From IMG/VR virus record IMGVR_UViG_3300043094_000104: a stretch of DNA of 64,000 nt; one strand, written 5' to 3'. Under the pieces are notes generated by a model, which was not told the DNA's origin, ran no database searches, and worked only from the letters and a program-made list of their open reading frames with translations. Made by a program: the position numbers and the translations under genes. The number at the start of each line of letters is the position of its first letter. Position 1 is the stretch's first letter. Origin of the DNA: an uncultured virus (IMG/VR IMGVR_UViG_3300043094_000104). Its lineage: Duplodnaviria > Heunggongvirae > Uroviricota > Caudoviricetes. Of this stretch, positions 30,219 through 40,019 are shown piece after piece.

Positions 30219-31770
30219 CATTACCATCATTATTCTTCACATAAGTTCGTTAATCTTATGCAGTTCTCTTATGAACTTCTCTAGTTTTATTTATATCTAG
30301 AGTTGAGACTATATCTTCATAGAAAATATTTCTATGCTCCCCATTTCGATTTAATCAGGAATTACTGAATTATTACTTCATACCTGAACCACTTGGCTCT
30401 ACTCTACTCTCTTCTTCAATTATTCTTTAAGAATAATTTATGATTTCGATAGTCGTTGAACGTTACAAAAAAAAACTTCTTATAAAAAGAAGCTTTTTTG
30501 TCTTCGCTGCTGATTATCCTTATATAAAGGAGTTTCCAGCAATTAAAGGAGTTTATACTGAGCAACATTATTCTTCGATTATTTCATAATTTTCATTTAA
30601 ATATTTGTCTAAATTTTTAATATAATCTTCATCGTAGGAAAGTCTTAAAAGATCTTTATTATTTTCTTTACACCAATCATTTTTCATTTTATCATGTTTT
30701 TGAGTTAAAGATAATTTATTTTCATCTTTATACCAACCAGCTTCAAAATGTTGTTTTCCATCATATTCAATAAGTAAATCATATTCAGTTAAGTAAAAAT
30801 CAAATCTTAATAAATATTTATCTTTACAAGTAGAAAAAGTTTTTTCTTGAATATAATTTATATAATTATTTTCTAAATATTCTTTTATTTCCTTAACCGC
30901 TTTAGATTCTGAATTATGTAAATTACAACAAGGACATCTATTTCCTCCTAAGAAGTGAGTTGGTGTCATTTCAAATATATAATGATTACAATTATTACTA
31001 TTATGTTGAAATTTTATTTTAGAGCTATTATTAATATAATCACTTATTACTATATATTCATCTTTAACTAAATCATATACTTCTTTTTTAAACTTTTCAG
31101 TAGTTTTTAAGTGTGTTCCAAAACAATAAGGACATCTTCTACCACTTGAAAATGATTTTGGCTCTACATAATAAATATTATTACATTTTTTATGACGTAA
31201 TTTTACTTTAGTCTTACAATTAATATAATTACTTAATAATTCATAATCATCACCAATTTCTTTACTAAATGAATCAGTAGTTTTCTTTTTAAGCTTAGAA
31301 CAATTAGGACATCTATGATTTTGATGTAAAAATTTAAAAGGTTTCATTTCAAATTCAGTATTACATTTATTATGTTTCATTTTAATTTTATCATTAGTTG
31401 TTTTATATTCACCTAATACTTCATATTCATTTCCTACTAAATTATATATTTCTTTTTTAAATCCTTCAGTAGTTTTCTTAGGTGTTCCAAAACAATAAGG
31501 ACATCTTCTACCTCTTAAAAAATCATTAGGTCTAGTTTCAAATTCAGTATTACATTTATTATGTTTCATTTTAATCTTAATTTTATTACTAACATATTCA
31601 CCTAATACTTCATATTCATTTCCTACTAAATTATATATTTCTTTTACAAATTCTTTTTGTGTTTTTCTTTGTTGACAATAAGCCATATTAAACACTTCCT
31701 TTCACGAATATAATATATACGTAAAAGTTTAAACTAAAATTATTTTTTTAACCATCGATAATAACTTCAT
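30219..31770 (-). mobile_element. Group I intron (1552 nt) carrying a homing endonuclease ORF
   Basis: Core P AATTGCTGGAAA, Q AATCAGCAG, R GTTCAACGACTA, S AAGATATAGTCT on minus strand; exon ends in U, intron ends in G; frame restored. Confidence 0.93.
30568..31695 (-). CDS. Intron-encoded homing endonuclease (4 zinc repeats + EDxHD/Vsr-like nuclease)
   Basis: HNKC...RCPYC repeats; LRFDFY, IEYDGKQH. Confidence 0.88.
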   Translation of the reverse strand: MFNMAYCQQRKTQKEFVKEIYNLVGNEYEVLGEYVSNKIKIKMKHNKCNTEFETRPNDFLRGRRCPYCFGTPKKTTEGFKKEIYNLVGNEYEVLGEYKTTNDKIKMKHNKCNTEFEMKPFKFLHQNHRCPNCSKLKKKTTDSFSKEIGDDYELLSNYINCKTKVKLRHKKCNNIYYVEPKSFSSGRRCPYCFGTHLKTTEKFKKEVYDLVKDEYIVISDYINNSSKIKFQHNSNNCNHYIFEMTPTHFLGGNRCPCCNLHNSESKAVKEIKEYLENNYINYIQEKTFSTCKDKYLLRFDFYLTEYDLLIEYDGKQHFEAGWYKDENKLSLTQKHDKMKNDWCKENNKDLLRLSYDEDYIKNLDKYLNENYEIIEE

Positions 31771-32261
31771 ACCCAGTCATATGCCACAATCATTAATGGT
31801 CCATATACACGGTTATATTGTCCTTCTTGCTTAATAACATTTCCAAGTGCTCTCATAGAAAATGAAACACGAGAGCCTTGTCTAATCAATCCTCTCATGT
31901 CATAGCCTGTAGCTGTTTGTGCAGTTTCTACAATACCTTTTAAGAGGTTTCCTTCCCAACTAAGAGAAGTTACAATATGACTAATATTTGTTTGATCTAT
32001 ATAAGACTGGCGGTGAATATCACTACTGAGCGGATGCCCTGCTTCGCCGAAAAAACATTTATTAGCAATTTTTTCTTTTACAGTTGGATTATTTAAAGCA
32101 TCAGATAAAACATCTTTACCATAAATACGTTTATTTCTATTTGGAGCATCAGCTTCTTGAAGTATTGCTTCAAATGTAATTGATTTATTATCATCTGCTA
32201 AAATAGAAGGTGTAGAAGAATTAAATTCTTCACAAACAATAAATCCTTCACTATTATTCAT
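31771..32261 (-). CDS. Prohead protease (T4 gp21-like) exon 1; spliced product 266 aa
   Basis: NRNKRIY, GEAGHP (His), SFSMRALG (Ser), AYDWV (Asp). Confidence 0.92.
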
Positions 32262-32392
32262 TATTTATCAATCCTTTCATTAATAAAATATAATACACTG
32301 TTTCTTTATATAATATTTTAATGCAAAAAAAAAATAAAGTCATAAGGAAGAGATTTACTCTTCCTTATGACCATTTAAATTAAATATGATTA

Positions 32393-33166
32393 TTATAATA
32401 AATTACAAACACTAAGAACTTCTGTTTTATTAGGATAATAACAATTTTTAATTCTTTCAAAGAATTTAATAATATTATAATCCTTATCATCTAATATTAC
32501 AGCATTACCACTATCTTTTTCAATAAAATTGAATTGATATGTATTATTATTAGAATCATATGAAATAGATAAATTAGTATAAAATGTTAATGTTGTTTGA
32601 CCTAAACCATCTGGTCTAATAATATCATCTGGTGTTAATGGTCTATTTTTTAAATCTTTTTTCTTAATATCAGAATATTCTTTACTGTAAACAGGAGCAG
32701 GAACTAATAAATCAAAATGATAATTATATACTAAATCAAGTATACCATTATTCATATCTAATTTAGAACGATTATAACTACCTCCAATAATTTTTCCAAT
32801 AAACTGTTCCTTAGTTGAAAAAGCATATTTACCAAAATAAACTTGTCTAATATTAAGATCAAAAACTGCTAGTTTTAAAGCAATTTCATTAATAGTTTTT
32901 TGTACTTCAATAGGATTGGTATTAATTTTTTCTTTTTCAAAAATATTAATAATCATCTTTTTATAATTACTATAATTACTAATTTCTGGATTCTTAATAG
33001 AAGCATGATAAAACATTTTTCCATTAAAATTCTTTAAATCAAGATTAATACTTTCTTCTAGTTTTTCTTTATTATTTAAAGCTTTAGAAGAATCTTTTAA
33101 GTAATTTTCATATTCCTTAAAAAGTAAAAAACCATCCGTACAAATTGAATTTCTTGTCATTGACAT
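32393..33166 (-). CDS. Hypothetical protein
   Basis: 257-aa ORF, SD AAGGAG, early-type promoter at 33228. Confidence 0.75.
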   Translation of the reverse strand: MSMTRNSICTDGFLLFKEYENYLKDSSKALNNKEKLEESINLDLKNFNGKMFYHASIKNPEISNYSNYKKMIINIFEKEKINTNPIEVQKTINEIALKLAVFDLNIRQVYFGKYAFSTKEQFIGKIIGGSYNRSKLDMNNGILDLVYNYHFDLLVPAPVYSKEYSDIKKKDLKNRPLTPDDIIRPDGLGQTTLTFYTNLSISYDSNNNTYQFNFIEKDSGNAVILDDKDYNIIKFFERIKNCYYPNKTEVLSVCNLL

Positions 33167-33273
33167 AAAAATAATCTCCTTTATAATAAAAATAATTTGA
33201 TAAATTTAATAAATATTTATCACAACTATAATATATACTTAAAAACTTTTTATTATAAGAAATAATAAAAGAG

Positions 33274-34200
33274 GTGATAACTTTGGATTATAAAACATTT
33301 TTAAATGAATCATGTAAAGATATTCAAACAGCAAGAAAATTTGTTTCTGAAGTTGGAAAATTAGCTAAAAAATATGATGCTAATTATTTTATAGTAACTG
33401 ATGGAGCTTCTGGAATTAATAATAGTGGAAATCCAGCTGTTAAAAATGCTAGAGAATGTCATATAAAATGGGAAAAAGAAAATGGTGGAGATCCTTATGA
33501 AGATTGGGGAAAAAATGAATCATATGATGAATTATATAATGAAACATTAGAAACTTCTGTAACAAGACCTTTTCTTTCTAAAGATGTAACACTTTATCAT
33601 GGTTCTAAGATAAAATATAAAAATGACGTAATAGATCCTAGATTTGGTGCTATTAATATTGGCACTAAATTATCGAGTCCTAGATATTCTTCTTGGTGGA
33701 CGACAGATAAAATTTTCCCATTATTCAGTTCAGCACAAACAGTATTAAGAAAATTATTATGTAAATATATAGATAATAAAGAAGATTTTGAAAAAGCTTA
33801 TGTTCTTGATTTTAAAAATAGAAAATTTTATATTAATCAAAAATATAAAGATTTAATTGATTGGAATTTTTCTAGTGAAAATTATCTATATCAAGTTACT
33901 GTTCCAAGAAGAATTGTTGGAAGAGGACATAATATAGAAATTGATGAATATACTTTAGATCAGCCAATTAAAGCTGATAAAGTTAAATTAATTAAATTAA
34001 AAGATTTAAAACCTTTTATAGAATTTAAAGATGAATCTTTTATTATATTAAAAATTAAAGAATTTGAAAGTAGTCATGCTACTTATAAGCCAACAGTTAT
34101 GGATAAAATGATTTATTATAGTAATGATGAAATGAGAAAAATTAGAAAAGATTATAGAAAGAAATTTGGTTATTTAACTGATGGAGAATTTAAATATTAA
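33274..34200 (+). CDS. Possible ADP-ribosyltransferase-fold protein
   Basis: TLYHGS...SSWWTTD...YLYQV...EIDEY; FLNES and LYNE potential processing sites. Confidence 0.4.
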   Translation: MITLDYKTFLNESCKDIQTARKFVSEVGKLAKKYDANYFIVTDGASGINNSGNPAVKNARECHIKWEKENGGDPYEDWGKNESYDELYNETLETSVTRPFLSKDVTLYHGSKIKYKNDVIDPRFGAINIGTKLSSPRYSSWWTTDKIFPLFSSAQTVLRKLLCKYIDNKEDFEKAYVLDFKNRKFYINQKYKDLIDWNFSSENYLYQVTVPRRIVGRGHNIEIDEYTLDQPIKADKVKLIKLKDLKPFIEFKDESFIILKIKEFESSHATYKPTVMDKMIYYSNDEMRKIRKDYRKKFGYLTDGEFKY

Positions 34201-34256
34201 AAAAATCGTATATAGGATATACCTATATACGATTTATATTTTATTTTAAAATAAAC

Positions 34257-34910
34257 TTAGATATCATAACCGTTATCTAAATAAGCCATATAATAGCCTT
34301 CTAAATAAGCTTCAGTTTCATCGTCATCATCATAATAATCATCTTCATAATCATAATCATCATAATCTTCATCATAATAATCATAATCATCATAATCTTC
34401 ATCATAATAATCATAATCATCATAACCCATATCTTCTAAAGCTGCATAGAAACCTTCAAGATAAGCTTCTTTAAGTGCTGGTTCTTTACTTGATACTTCC
34501 TTAAATTTTGCACAATTCTTTCTATAAGATGAACCACTTATTTTATTAGCTCCAATAGTTCCACCTGCAGCAACAGCACCAGTAACAGCAGCACCAGCAG
34601 CAGCAACAGCTAATTTATTATATTTTTTAGCTAAAGCTGCATACTTTGCTTTTTCTTCCTTATTCTTTGTCTGTTCTGCTAATTTCTTATACTTATTTGC
34701 CTGTTGTTTAAGCATAGCTGCACTTGTTGCACCTGCAGTTGCAGCAGTAACTCCGCTACCTACAGTAATTTTTCCTGCTTTACTACCAGTAGCTTTCCAC
34801 ACTGCTTTAGCTCTATTTTTTTTCTTTGCAATTTTGCCACCTTCAATTGCCACCTCATCATAAGTTGGTTGATCTGCGGCTTCAGCTAAAACCATATCTA
34901 AATAATTCAT
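34257..34910 (-). CDS. Putative internal head protein (YLEGxY tag family)
   Basis: Basic core with two Ala/Gly segments; C-terminal AYLEGFYAALE and AYLEGYYMAY with DY repeats. Confidence 0.6.
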   Translation of the reverse strand: MNYLDMVLAEAADQPTYDEVAIEGGKIAKKKNRAKAVWKATGSKAGKITVGSGVTAATAGATSAAMLKQQANKYKKLAEQTKNKEEKAKYAALAKKYNKLAVAAAGAAVTGAVAAGGTIGANKISGSSYRKNCAKFKEVSSKEPALKEAYLEGFYAALEDMGYDDYDYYDEDYDDYDYYDEDYDDYDYEDDYYDDDDETEAYLEGYYMAYLDNGYDI

Positions 34911-34954
34911 ATTATTACCTACTTTCTTTTTAAATTAAAATTAATAAATATTTG

Positions 34955-35491
34955 TTAATATTCTAAATATTCTATTTCTTCAAGAGCATCATAATATCCT
35001 TCTAAAAAATCTTCTGTAAGCTTAGTTTTAGCAGCAGAAGGACAATTTTTTTTAGCAATTTTAGCTTGTTTAATAGCTCTATTATTAATTCTTTTAGCAT
35101 CGATATAAGGTGTATATTCTGTTGATGCTCTAGCTGCTGTAATTGCTCCAGCACCTAATGCTAAATGCTTATATTTTTTTGCCATAGCTTCATACTTTTT
35201 TCTTTCATTTTCATTTTTTGCTTGTTTTGCTAATTTCTTATATTCTCTATATTTTACAGCTGCTAAAGCAGTGGCTGTTCCACTAATAGCAGATTTATTA
35301 GCAACTCTAGAAAGTCTTCTGGCTCTATCGTTATTAAAAGTTTCTTTATTTATTTCATTAGAGAATTTTGCCACTTTTCCTAAAGCAATTTTTTGTTCAT
35401 ATTTTTTCTTAATTGGATCATTCGTTTTAAGAGCATAATTTTTTGAACTTTCATTTAAATTATATAATTCTAAATAATTCATATTAATCAC
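34955..35491 (-). CDS. Putative internal head protein, paralog
   Basis: YKKLAKQAKNENERKKYEA core; C-terminus FLEGYYDALEEIEYLEY. Confidence 0.6.
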   Translation of the reverse strand: MINMNYLELYNLNESSKNYALKTNDPIKKKYEQKIALGKVAKFSNEINKETFNNDRARRLSRVANKSAISGTATALAAVKYREYKKLAKQAKNENERKKYEAMAKKYKHLALGAGAITAARASTEYTPYIDAKRINNRAIKQAKIAKKNCPSAAKTKLTEDFLEGYYDALEEIEYLEY

Positions 35492-35505
35492 TACCTTCTT
35501 TTTTA

Positions 35506-36009
35506 TTAATATTCTAAATATTCTATTTCTTCAAGAGCATCATAATAACCTTTCAAATAAGATTCTTCTAAAGGAACTACATTACCAGCATCAGTACGAT
35601 ATGTTAATTTTCTTTGTAAATCTGAATATTGTTTTCTACTTTTTCTAGTAGCACCATTAATACCTTTATCTACAGCATGACTACCAATAGCAACTCCTGC
35701 ACCAGCAACACTTGATATTTTTAAGGCTCTAATTCTTTTTTCATATTTTTTTACTAAAGCTTCATATTTTGCTTTTTCTTTCTTATTTTTTGTTTCTGAT
35801 GCTAATTTTTTATATTTGTTATATTCTCTTTTTGCAGTAACAAGATCAATAGCACTAATTGCAGCTAAACTGCCACCAAAAATTTTGCCAGGCTTTGAAT
35901 ACATTTTTTGTTTGTCATTTAATTTTTCAAGTTTAATATTTTTACGACCAACTTTATGAAATTCATCAAATTCTTTTTTATTTTTTTCTCTAAATTCTTT
36001 ATAACTCAT
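35506..36009 (-). CDS. Putative internal head protein, paralog
   Basis: YKKLASETKNKKEKAKYEA core; C-terminus YLKGYYDALEEIEYLEY. Confidence 0.6.
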   Translation of the reverse strand: MSYKEFREKNKKEFDEFHKVGRKNIKLEKLNDKQKMYSKPGKIFGGSLAAISAIDLVTAKREYNKYKKLASETKNKKEKAKYEALVKKYEKRIRALKISSVAGAGVAIGSHAVDKGINGATRKSRKQYSDLQRKLTYRTDAGNVVPLEESYLKGYYDALEEIEYLEY

Positions 36010-36096
36010 TATAATAAAATTCTCCTTTCGTTATAATTATTATTTATATCTATTTGTTTTTTTGTCAACATACACTTATACATTTTATAAAAAGAG

Positions 36097-37062
36097 GTGA
36101 ATAAAATGTCAGAATTATCTAATAAACAAAGAAATTCTTTAAATAAAAATACATTTGGAATTCCTTCTTTAAGAAAATATCCATTAAATGATAAAGATCA
36201 TGTACAAAAAGCAATACAGATGTTTCATCATTGTCCTATAGAATATAAAAGAGAATTAGCTCATAATATTAATAAAAATGCTAAAAAATATAATATTACT
36301 ATTTCTCAAAATTCTCCTATTTATAATTATTTAAATGAAAGTGAACAAGTTGAAATAGATTTAATGAATGATATTTATTTATTAGAAGAAGATTTATATT
36401 ATAATGAAGCTTTTGGAATGAATGAAGATGAAGCTAGAGGTACAGTAGACACTGCAATGCAATTATGGAAAAAGAGAAAAAAATTTGTACAAAATAATAA
36501 AGATAAACAAAGATTAGTTACTGATATTAGAAACGAAAAACTATCTTTAAGTTCTTTACAAACTAGAAATGATTATTTATCTATTATACAAAGAGCAAAA
36601 TCTACTGTAAATACTATGAGTAAAAAATTATCCACTGGAGAGTATCAAGATGCTAAAACAATCAAAGGAAAAGGATATAATGCTGGTGTAAATGGCGCAG
36701 CTAAAACTGTTGGAAAATTAGCAGGTACAGTGGCAGCAGGTGTAGCAGTCGGTGCAGTTGCTGGAGGAGCTTTAGGTAAAAGATCTGCTAATAATAAAGG
36801 TAATGGTAGAGTTGTAAGTACTATGAAAAAAACTACAGGAGCGGTTGCAGGAGCTGTAGCTCTAGGAACTGTTGGTTCAATGGTTGGTAAAGGAATGGTT
36901 GTTTCAGATAATTTTAAGAAAAATAATACTAGACATAGAGATGATCCAGTTAGAAAACAAGCAGATCGTTATATTAATTTTGTAAATGATTTTTATAGTG
37001 AAATAATTGATATGATTCCTAGCTCACAACAACAAAATAATGAGGGAGAAGGTGAACAATAA
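36097..37062 (+). CDS. Putative virion protein
   Basis: N-terminal FGIPSLRKYPLNDKDHV domain, YLNES/YYNE sites, two Gly/Ala hydrophobic segments; late-type promoter at 36067. Confidence 0.55.
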   Translation: MNKMSELSNKQRNSLNKNTFGIPSLRKYPLNDKDHVQKAIQMFHHCPIEYKRELAHNINKNAKKYNITISQNSPIYNYLNESEQVEIDLMNDIYLLEEDLYYNEAFGMNEDEARGTVDTAMQLWKKRKKFVQNNKDKQRLVTDIRNEKLSLSSLQTRNDYLSIIQRAKSTVNTMSKKLSTGEYQDAKTIKGKGYNAGVNGAAKTVGKLAGTVAAGVAVGAVAGGALGKRSANNKGNGRVVSTMKKTTGAVAGAVALGTVGSMVGKGMVVSDNFKKNNTRHRDDPVRKQADRYINFVNDFYSEIIDMIPSSQQQNNEGEGEQ

Positions 37063-38357
37063 TGGGTAAATTTATACAAGAAGATTCTATAGAAAAAAAG
37101 GTTCTTTCTAATTATTTTGATAATTATTTAGATACTACTGAAAGATATTCTAAATGGTTACAAGGTTCTCCAACATTTGTAACGTATTATTCAATTAATT
37201 TAGAAAGTTCTACACAAGATCAAGGTCTTAATAATGTAATGGAAATAGTAGGTGGAGAATCACCTATTAAATATAATAAAATTGAAGATTTTCCAATATA
37301 TCTTGAAGGAGAAATGAATTTCTCAACTAATCTAGAAGAAGATGCTGGTTTTGATAGTGAATCAGAAGGTTCTGCAATAATTCTTCCAGGAACTATAATA
37401 CCTCAAAATGATGATTTAATAGTATTTAATATATTAGAGAAAAATTATATTTATAGAGTTGCTAATGTAGAATTTTCAAATACAAGTATTAGAAAATTTT
37501 ATAAAATTAGTTTCTTTGTGTCTCCTTTTGATATTGAAACATTGGAAAGTAGACAAGTTAAAGATGAATATAGTGTTATATATAATAATATAGGAACTGA
37601 AAATGATCCAGTAATATCTAAAAAAGAATTTACATTTTTAGATGATATCGATAAGATTATTGATTATCTTTCAGAAAGATATATAAGATTTTATTATGAT
37701 AAGAAAACAAATTCTTTTATATATAATCTTGATAAAATGAATATGACTATTCATGATTTTTATAAAGATAATGGCATATATGACCCTAAATTAGCTTTAT
37801 TTATAAAAAGAAATAATTTATTTATTAATAAAAAAACATTCTTAAAAAATATTTATGTTGAATGTTTATTACAGAATAGAGATTTAGATTATGAAAATTC
37901 TATTTATTCATTATTTGAAACTTTAGATTTAGATGAATTTAAATATCCTTATTATTATTTTATTAATATTAATGAATCAGTATTTATGTTAGTTCAAGAC
38001 AAATTCCATGAAGTTGTTCATAATCCTGTTGATATTTATAATAAAGGTAATAAATTATTAAATGATAAGTTTAAATCTGGAAAATTTACTTCTATTGATT
38101 TAACTAAATATACTAAGGATATTAAATTATTAATTGATGATCTTCCTATCAATGAAAAGATAATGATTATTTATTTACGTTGTAGGATATATGAAGAACA
38201 AAATAATATAACGGATTACTTAGAAGATATAGTTAATTTAGCTAAAGATGTTAAAGTGGATAAAAATTTCTATACCTATATACAAATCCCTTGTATAATT
38301 TATATTTTAAAAGAAATTAAAAATATTATTATGCATAGTACAAACTATATTAAATAA
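37062..38357 (+). CDS. Putative virion structural protein
   Basis: PTFVTYY...SPIKYNKIEDFPIY...AIILPGTIIP resembles jumbo-phage structural proteins; in late operon. Confidence 0.5.
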   Translation: MGKFIQEDSIEKKVLSNYFDNYLDTTERYSKWLQGSPTFVTYYSINLESSTQDQGLNNVMEIVGGESPIKYNKIEDFPIYLEGEMNFSTNLEEDAGFDSESEGSAIILPGTIIPQNDDLIVFNILEKNYIYRVANVEFSNTSIRKFYKISFFVSPFDIETLESRQVKDEYSVIYNNIGTENDPVISKKEFTFLDDIDKIIDYLSERYIRFYYDKKTNSFIYNLDKMNMTIHDFYKDNGIYDPKLALFIKRNNLFINKKTFLKNIYVECLLQNRDLDYENSIYSLFETLDLDEFKYPYYYFININESVFMLVQDKFHEVVHNPVDIYNKGNKLLNDKFKSGKFTSIDLTKYTKDIKLLIDDLPINEKIMIIYLRCRIYEEQNNITDYLEDIVNLAKDVKVDKNFYTYIQIPCIIYILKEIKNIIMHSTNYIK

Positions 38358-38365
38358 AGAAAGGG

Positions 38366-39391
38366 TTGAATGTTATGTTTAATTCATTAAGAGATGAACT
38401 TGATAAAATTTCATTAATGGAAAGTGATGATTTAGAATATTATAATGATTACACTGTTGATGGAGATGAAGGAGCAGCTGATGATGAGCTTTATGATGAT
38501 CTCGAAGAAGGCGAAGAGGAAGAAGACTTCGATGATTTAGATGATGGTGAAGCAATCAATGAAGCAATTGATATGATTATAAACGAAATGCTTGTAAACG
38601 AATCTTATGATGATTATGAGTCTGATGATTATGACTATGATTATGATGATTATGATTATTATAATGAATCTGATGACGAAGATGATGACTTTGATGATAC
38701 AGAATTCGATGACGATTATGATTCCGATGAATTTGAAGATGATGATGACGAAGTAGATATGGACTATGGTGTTGTTGGTGATGGAAAGTCTGTTAAGGGT
38801 GAACCTGATGATGATGCATATGATGAAGTAGATATTGGTGGAGTTACAAATTCTATTCATGGAGATGTTGATTTAAAGGAAGATATCGATGATGACGAAG
38901 ATGATGACTTAGATGAATTATTAGAAGCTATTTGTGGTGATGAATGTTCTAATGCAATTCGTGCTAATGCTCATGATATTTATGGTGACAGTGCAGATAT
39001 GCCTGATGATGATGTTCCTCCTGCTCCACAGTATTCAAAGTTATATGCTAGAAATAAGATTGGTGGAGTTTATGATAATTATGGTAGAGATGATTATAAT
39101 ACTTTTGGTAAGAATTGTTTTAGCCGTGATGTTATGAATTCTATGACAGTTGATGATGATGCATATGATGAAGAAGGTAATGATTACGATCTTTATGCTT
39201 CTGCAGGTAATATTTATGATGATGATGAAAATGAAGAATACTATGGCATCAGAAATAAAGTTCAGACTAAAAACCTATTTGGTAGACATAATATAGATAA
39301 TATTAATTATGCACAATTAGGTGATCGTTTTAGTGGTACAGGTGATGCTTTAGACGAAAGCATTGCTACTTTCTTAAGTTCATTAGATTAA
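38366..39391 (+). CDS. Highly acidic protein, possible prohead core/scaffold
   Basis: Very D/E-rich, many L/I-x-E sites. Confidence 0.5.
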   Translation: MNVMFNSLRDELDKISLMESDDLEYYNDYTVDGDEGAADDELYDDLEEGEEEEDFDDLDDGEAINEAIDMIINEMLVNESYDDYESDDYDYDYDDYDYYNESDDEDDDFDDTEFDDDYDSDEFEDDDDEVDMDYGVVGDGKSVKGEPDDDAYDEVDIGGVTNSIHGDVDLKEDIDDDEDDDLDELLEAICGDECSNAIRANAHDIYGDSADMPDDDVPPAPQYSKLYARNKIGGVYDNYGRDDYNTFGKNCFSRDVMNSMTVDDDAYDEEGNDYDLYASAGNIYDDDENEEYYGIRNKVQTKNLFGRHNIDNINYAQLGDRFSGTGDALDESIATFLSSLD

Positions 39392-39422
39392 TTTAAAATT
39401 ATAAGAAAGGAGTAAATTTTAA

Positions 39423-39974
39423 ATGAAAGTATGTATATTAGATGAAGGATTTATTCCAGGTTTAGGTAGAGGACCTTTTAAAACTCCTATTGAAATTAGT
39501 GAAGATAAATATGCTTTATATAAAAGAATGGGTTTACAAATTATTAATGCTACAAAGACAGTACCTATCGCTGAAAGCGGTGTAATTAATAAGTTTCCTA
39601 AAAAGAAAACTGAAATTAATATTCCAAAGGTAGAAGAAAAGTTAGTAGAAGAAGAAGTTAAGGAAGTAATTCCTGAAACTACTATTGAACCTACTATTGC
39701 TGAAGAAGTAGTAGAAGAAACTGCTACAGAAGAACCAGTGGTAGAAGAAGTTAAGGAAGTAATTCCTGAAACTACTGTTGAACCTACTATTGCTGAAGAA
39801 GTAGTAGAAGAAACTGCTACAGAAGAACCAGTAGTGGAAGAGACTGAAGAAGTTGTAGATCTTAATAATTTAACTAAGAAAGAACTTATTGATCTTTTAA
39901 CTGAAGCAGATATCAAGTGTAATAATACTATGACTAAGAGTCAATTAATTGAATTAGCAGAAGCTAATCTATAA
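39423..39974 (+). CDS. Acidic repeat protein with C-terminal HeH/LEM-like domain
   Basis: DLNNLTKKELIDLLTEADIKCNNTMTKSQLIELA. Confidence 0.6.
   Translation: MKVCILDEGFIPGLGRGPFKTPIEISEDKYALYKRMGLQIINATKTVPIAESGVINKFPKKKTEINIPKVEEKLVEEEVKEVIPETTIEPTIAEEVVEETATEEPVVEEVKEVIPETTVEPTIAEEVVEETATEEPVVEETEEVVDLNNLTKKELIDLLTEADIKCNNTMTKSQLIELAEANL
39651..39839 (+). repeat. 93-nt coding tandem duplication x2
   Basis: EEVKEVIPETT(I/V)EPTIAEEVVEETATEEPVV copies at 39651 and 39744. Confidence 0.9.
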
Positions 39975-40019
39975 AAAAAAATAAGCCTTAACACTATTAT
40001 AGTGTTAAGGCTTTTTAAT

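Noticed and set aside
31767..31770. TGA after AYDWV as stop-codon recoding or a pseudogene lesion
   Set aside because: Explained by the group I intron boundary; other genes are intact in the standard code
39419..39916. Ser/Thr-rich minus-strand ORF
   Set aside because: Antisense of the Glu-rich gene 39423, which has the SD and operon context
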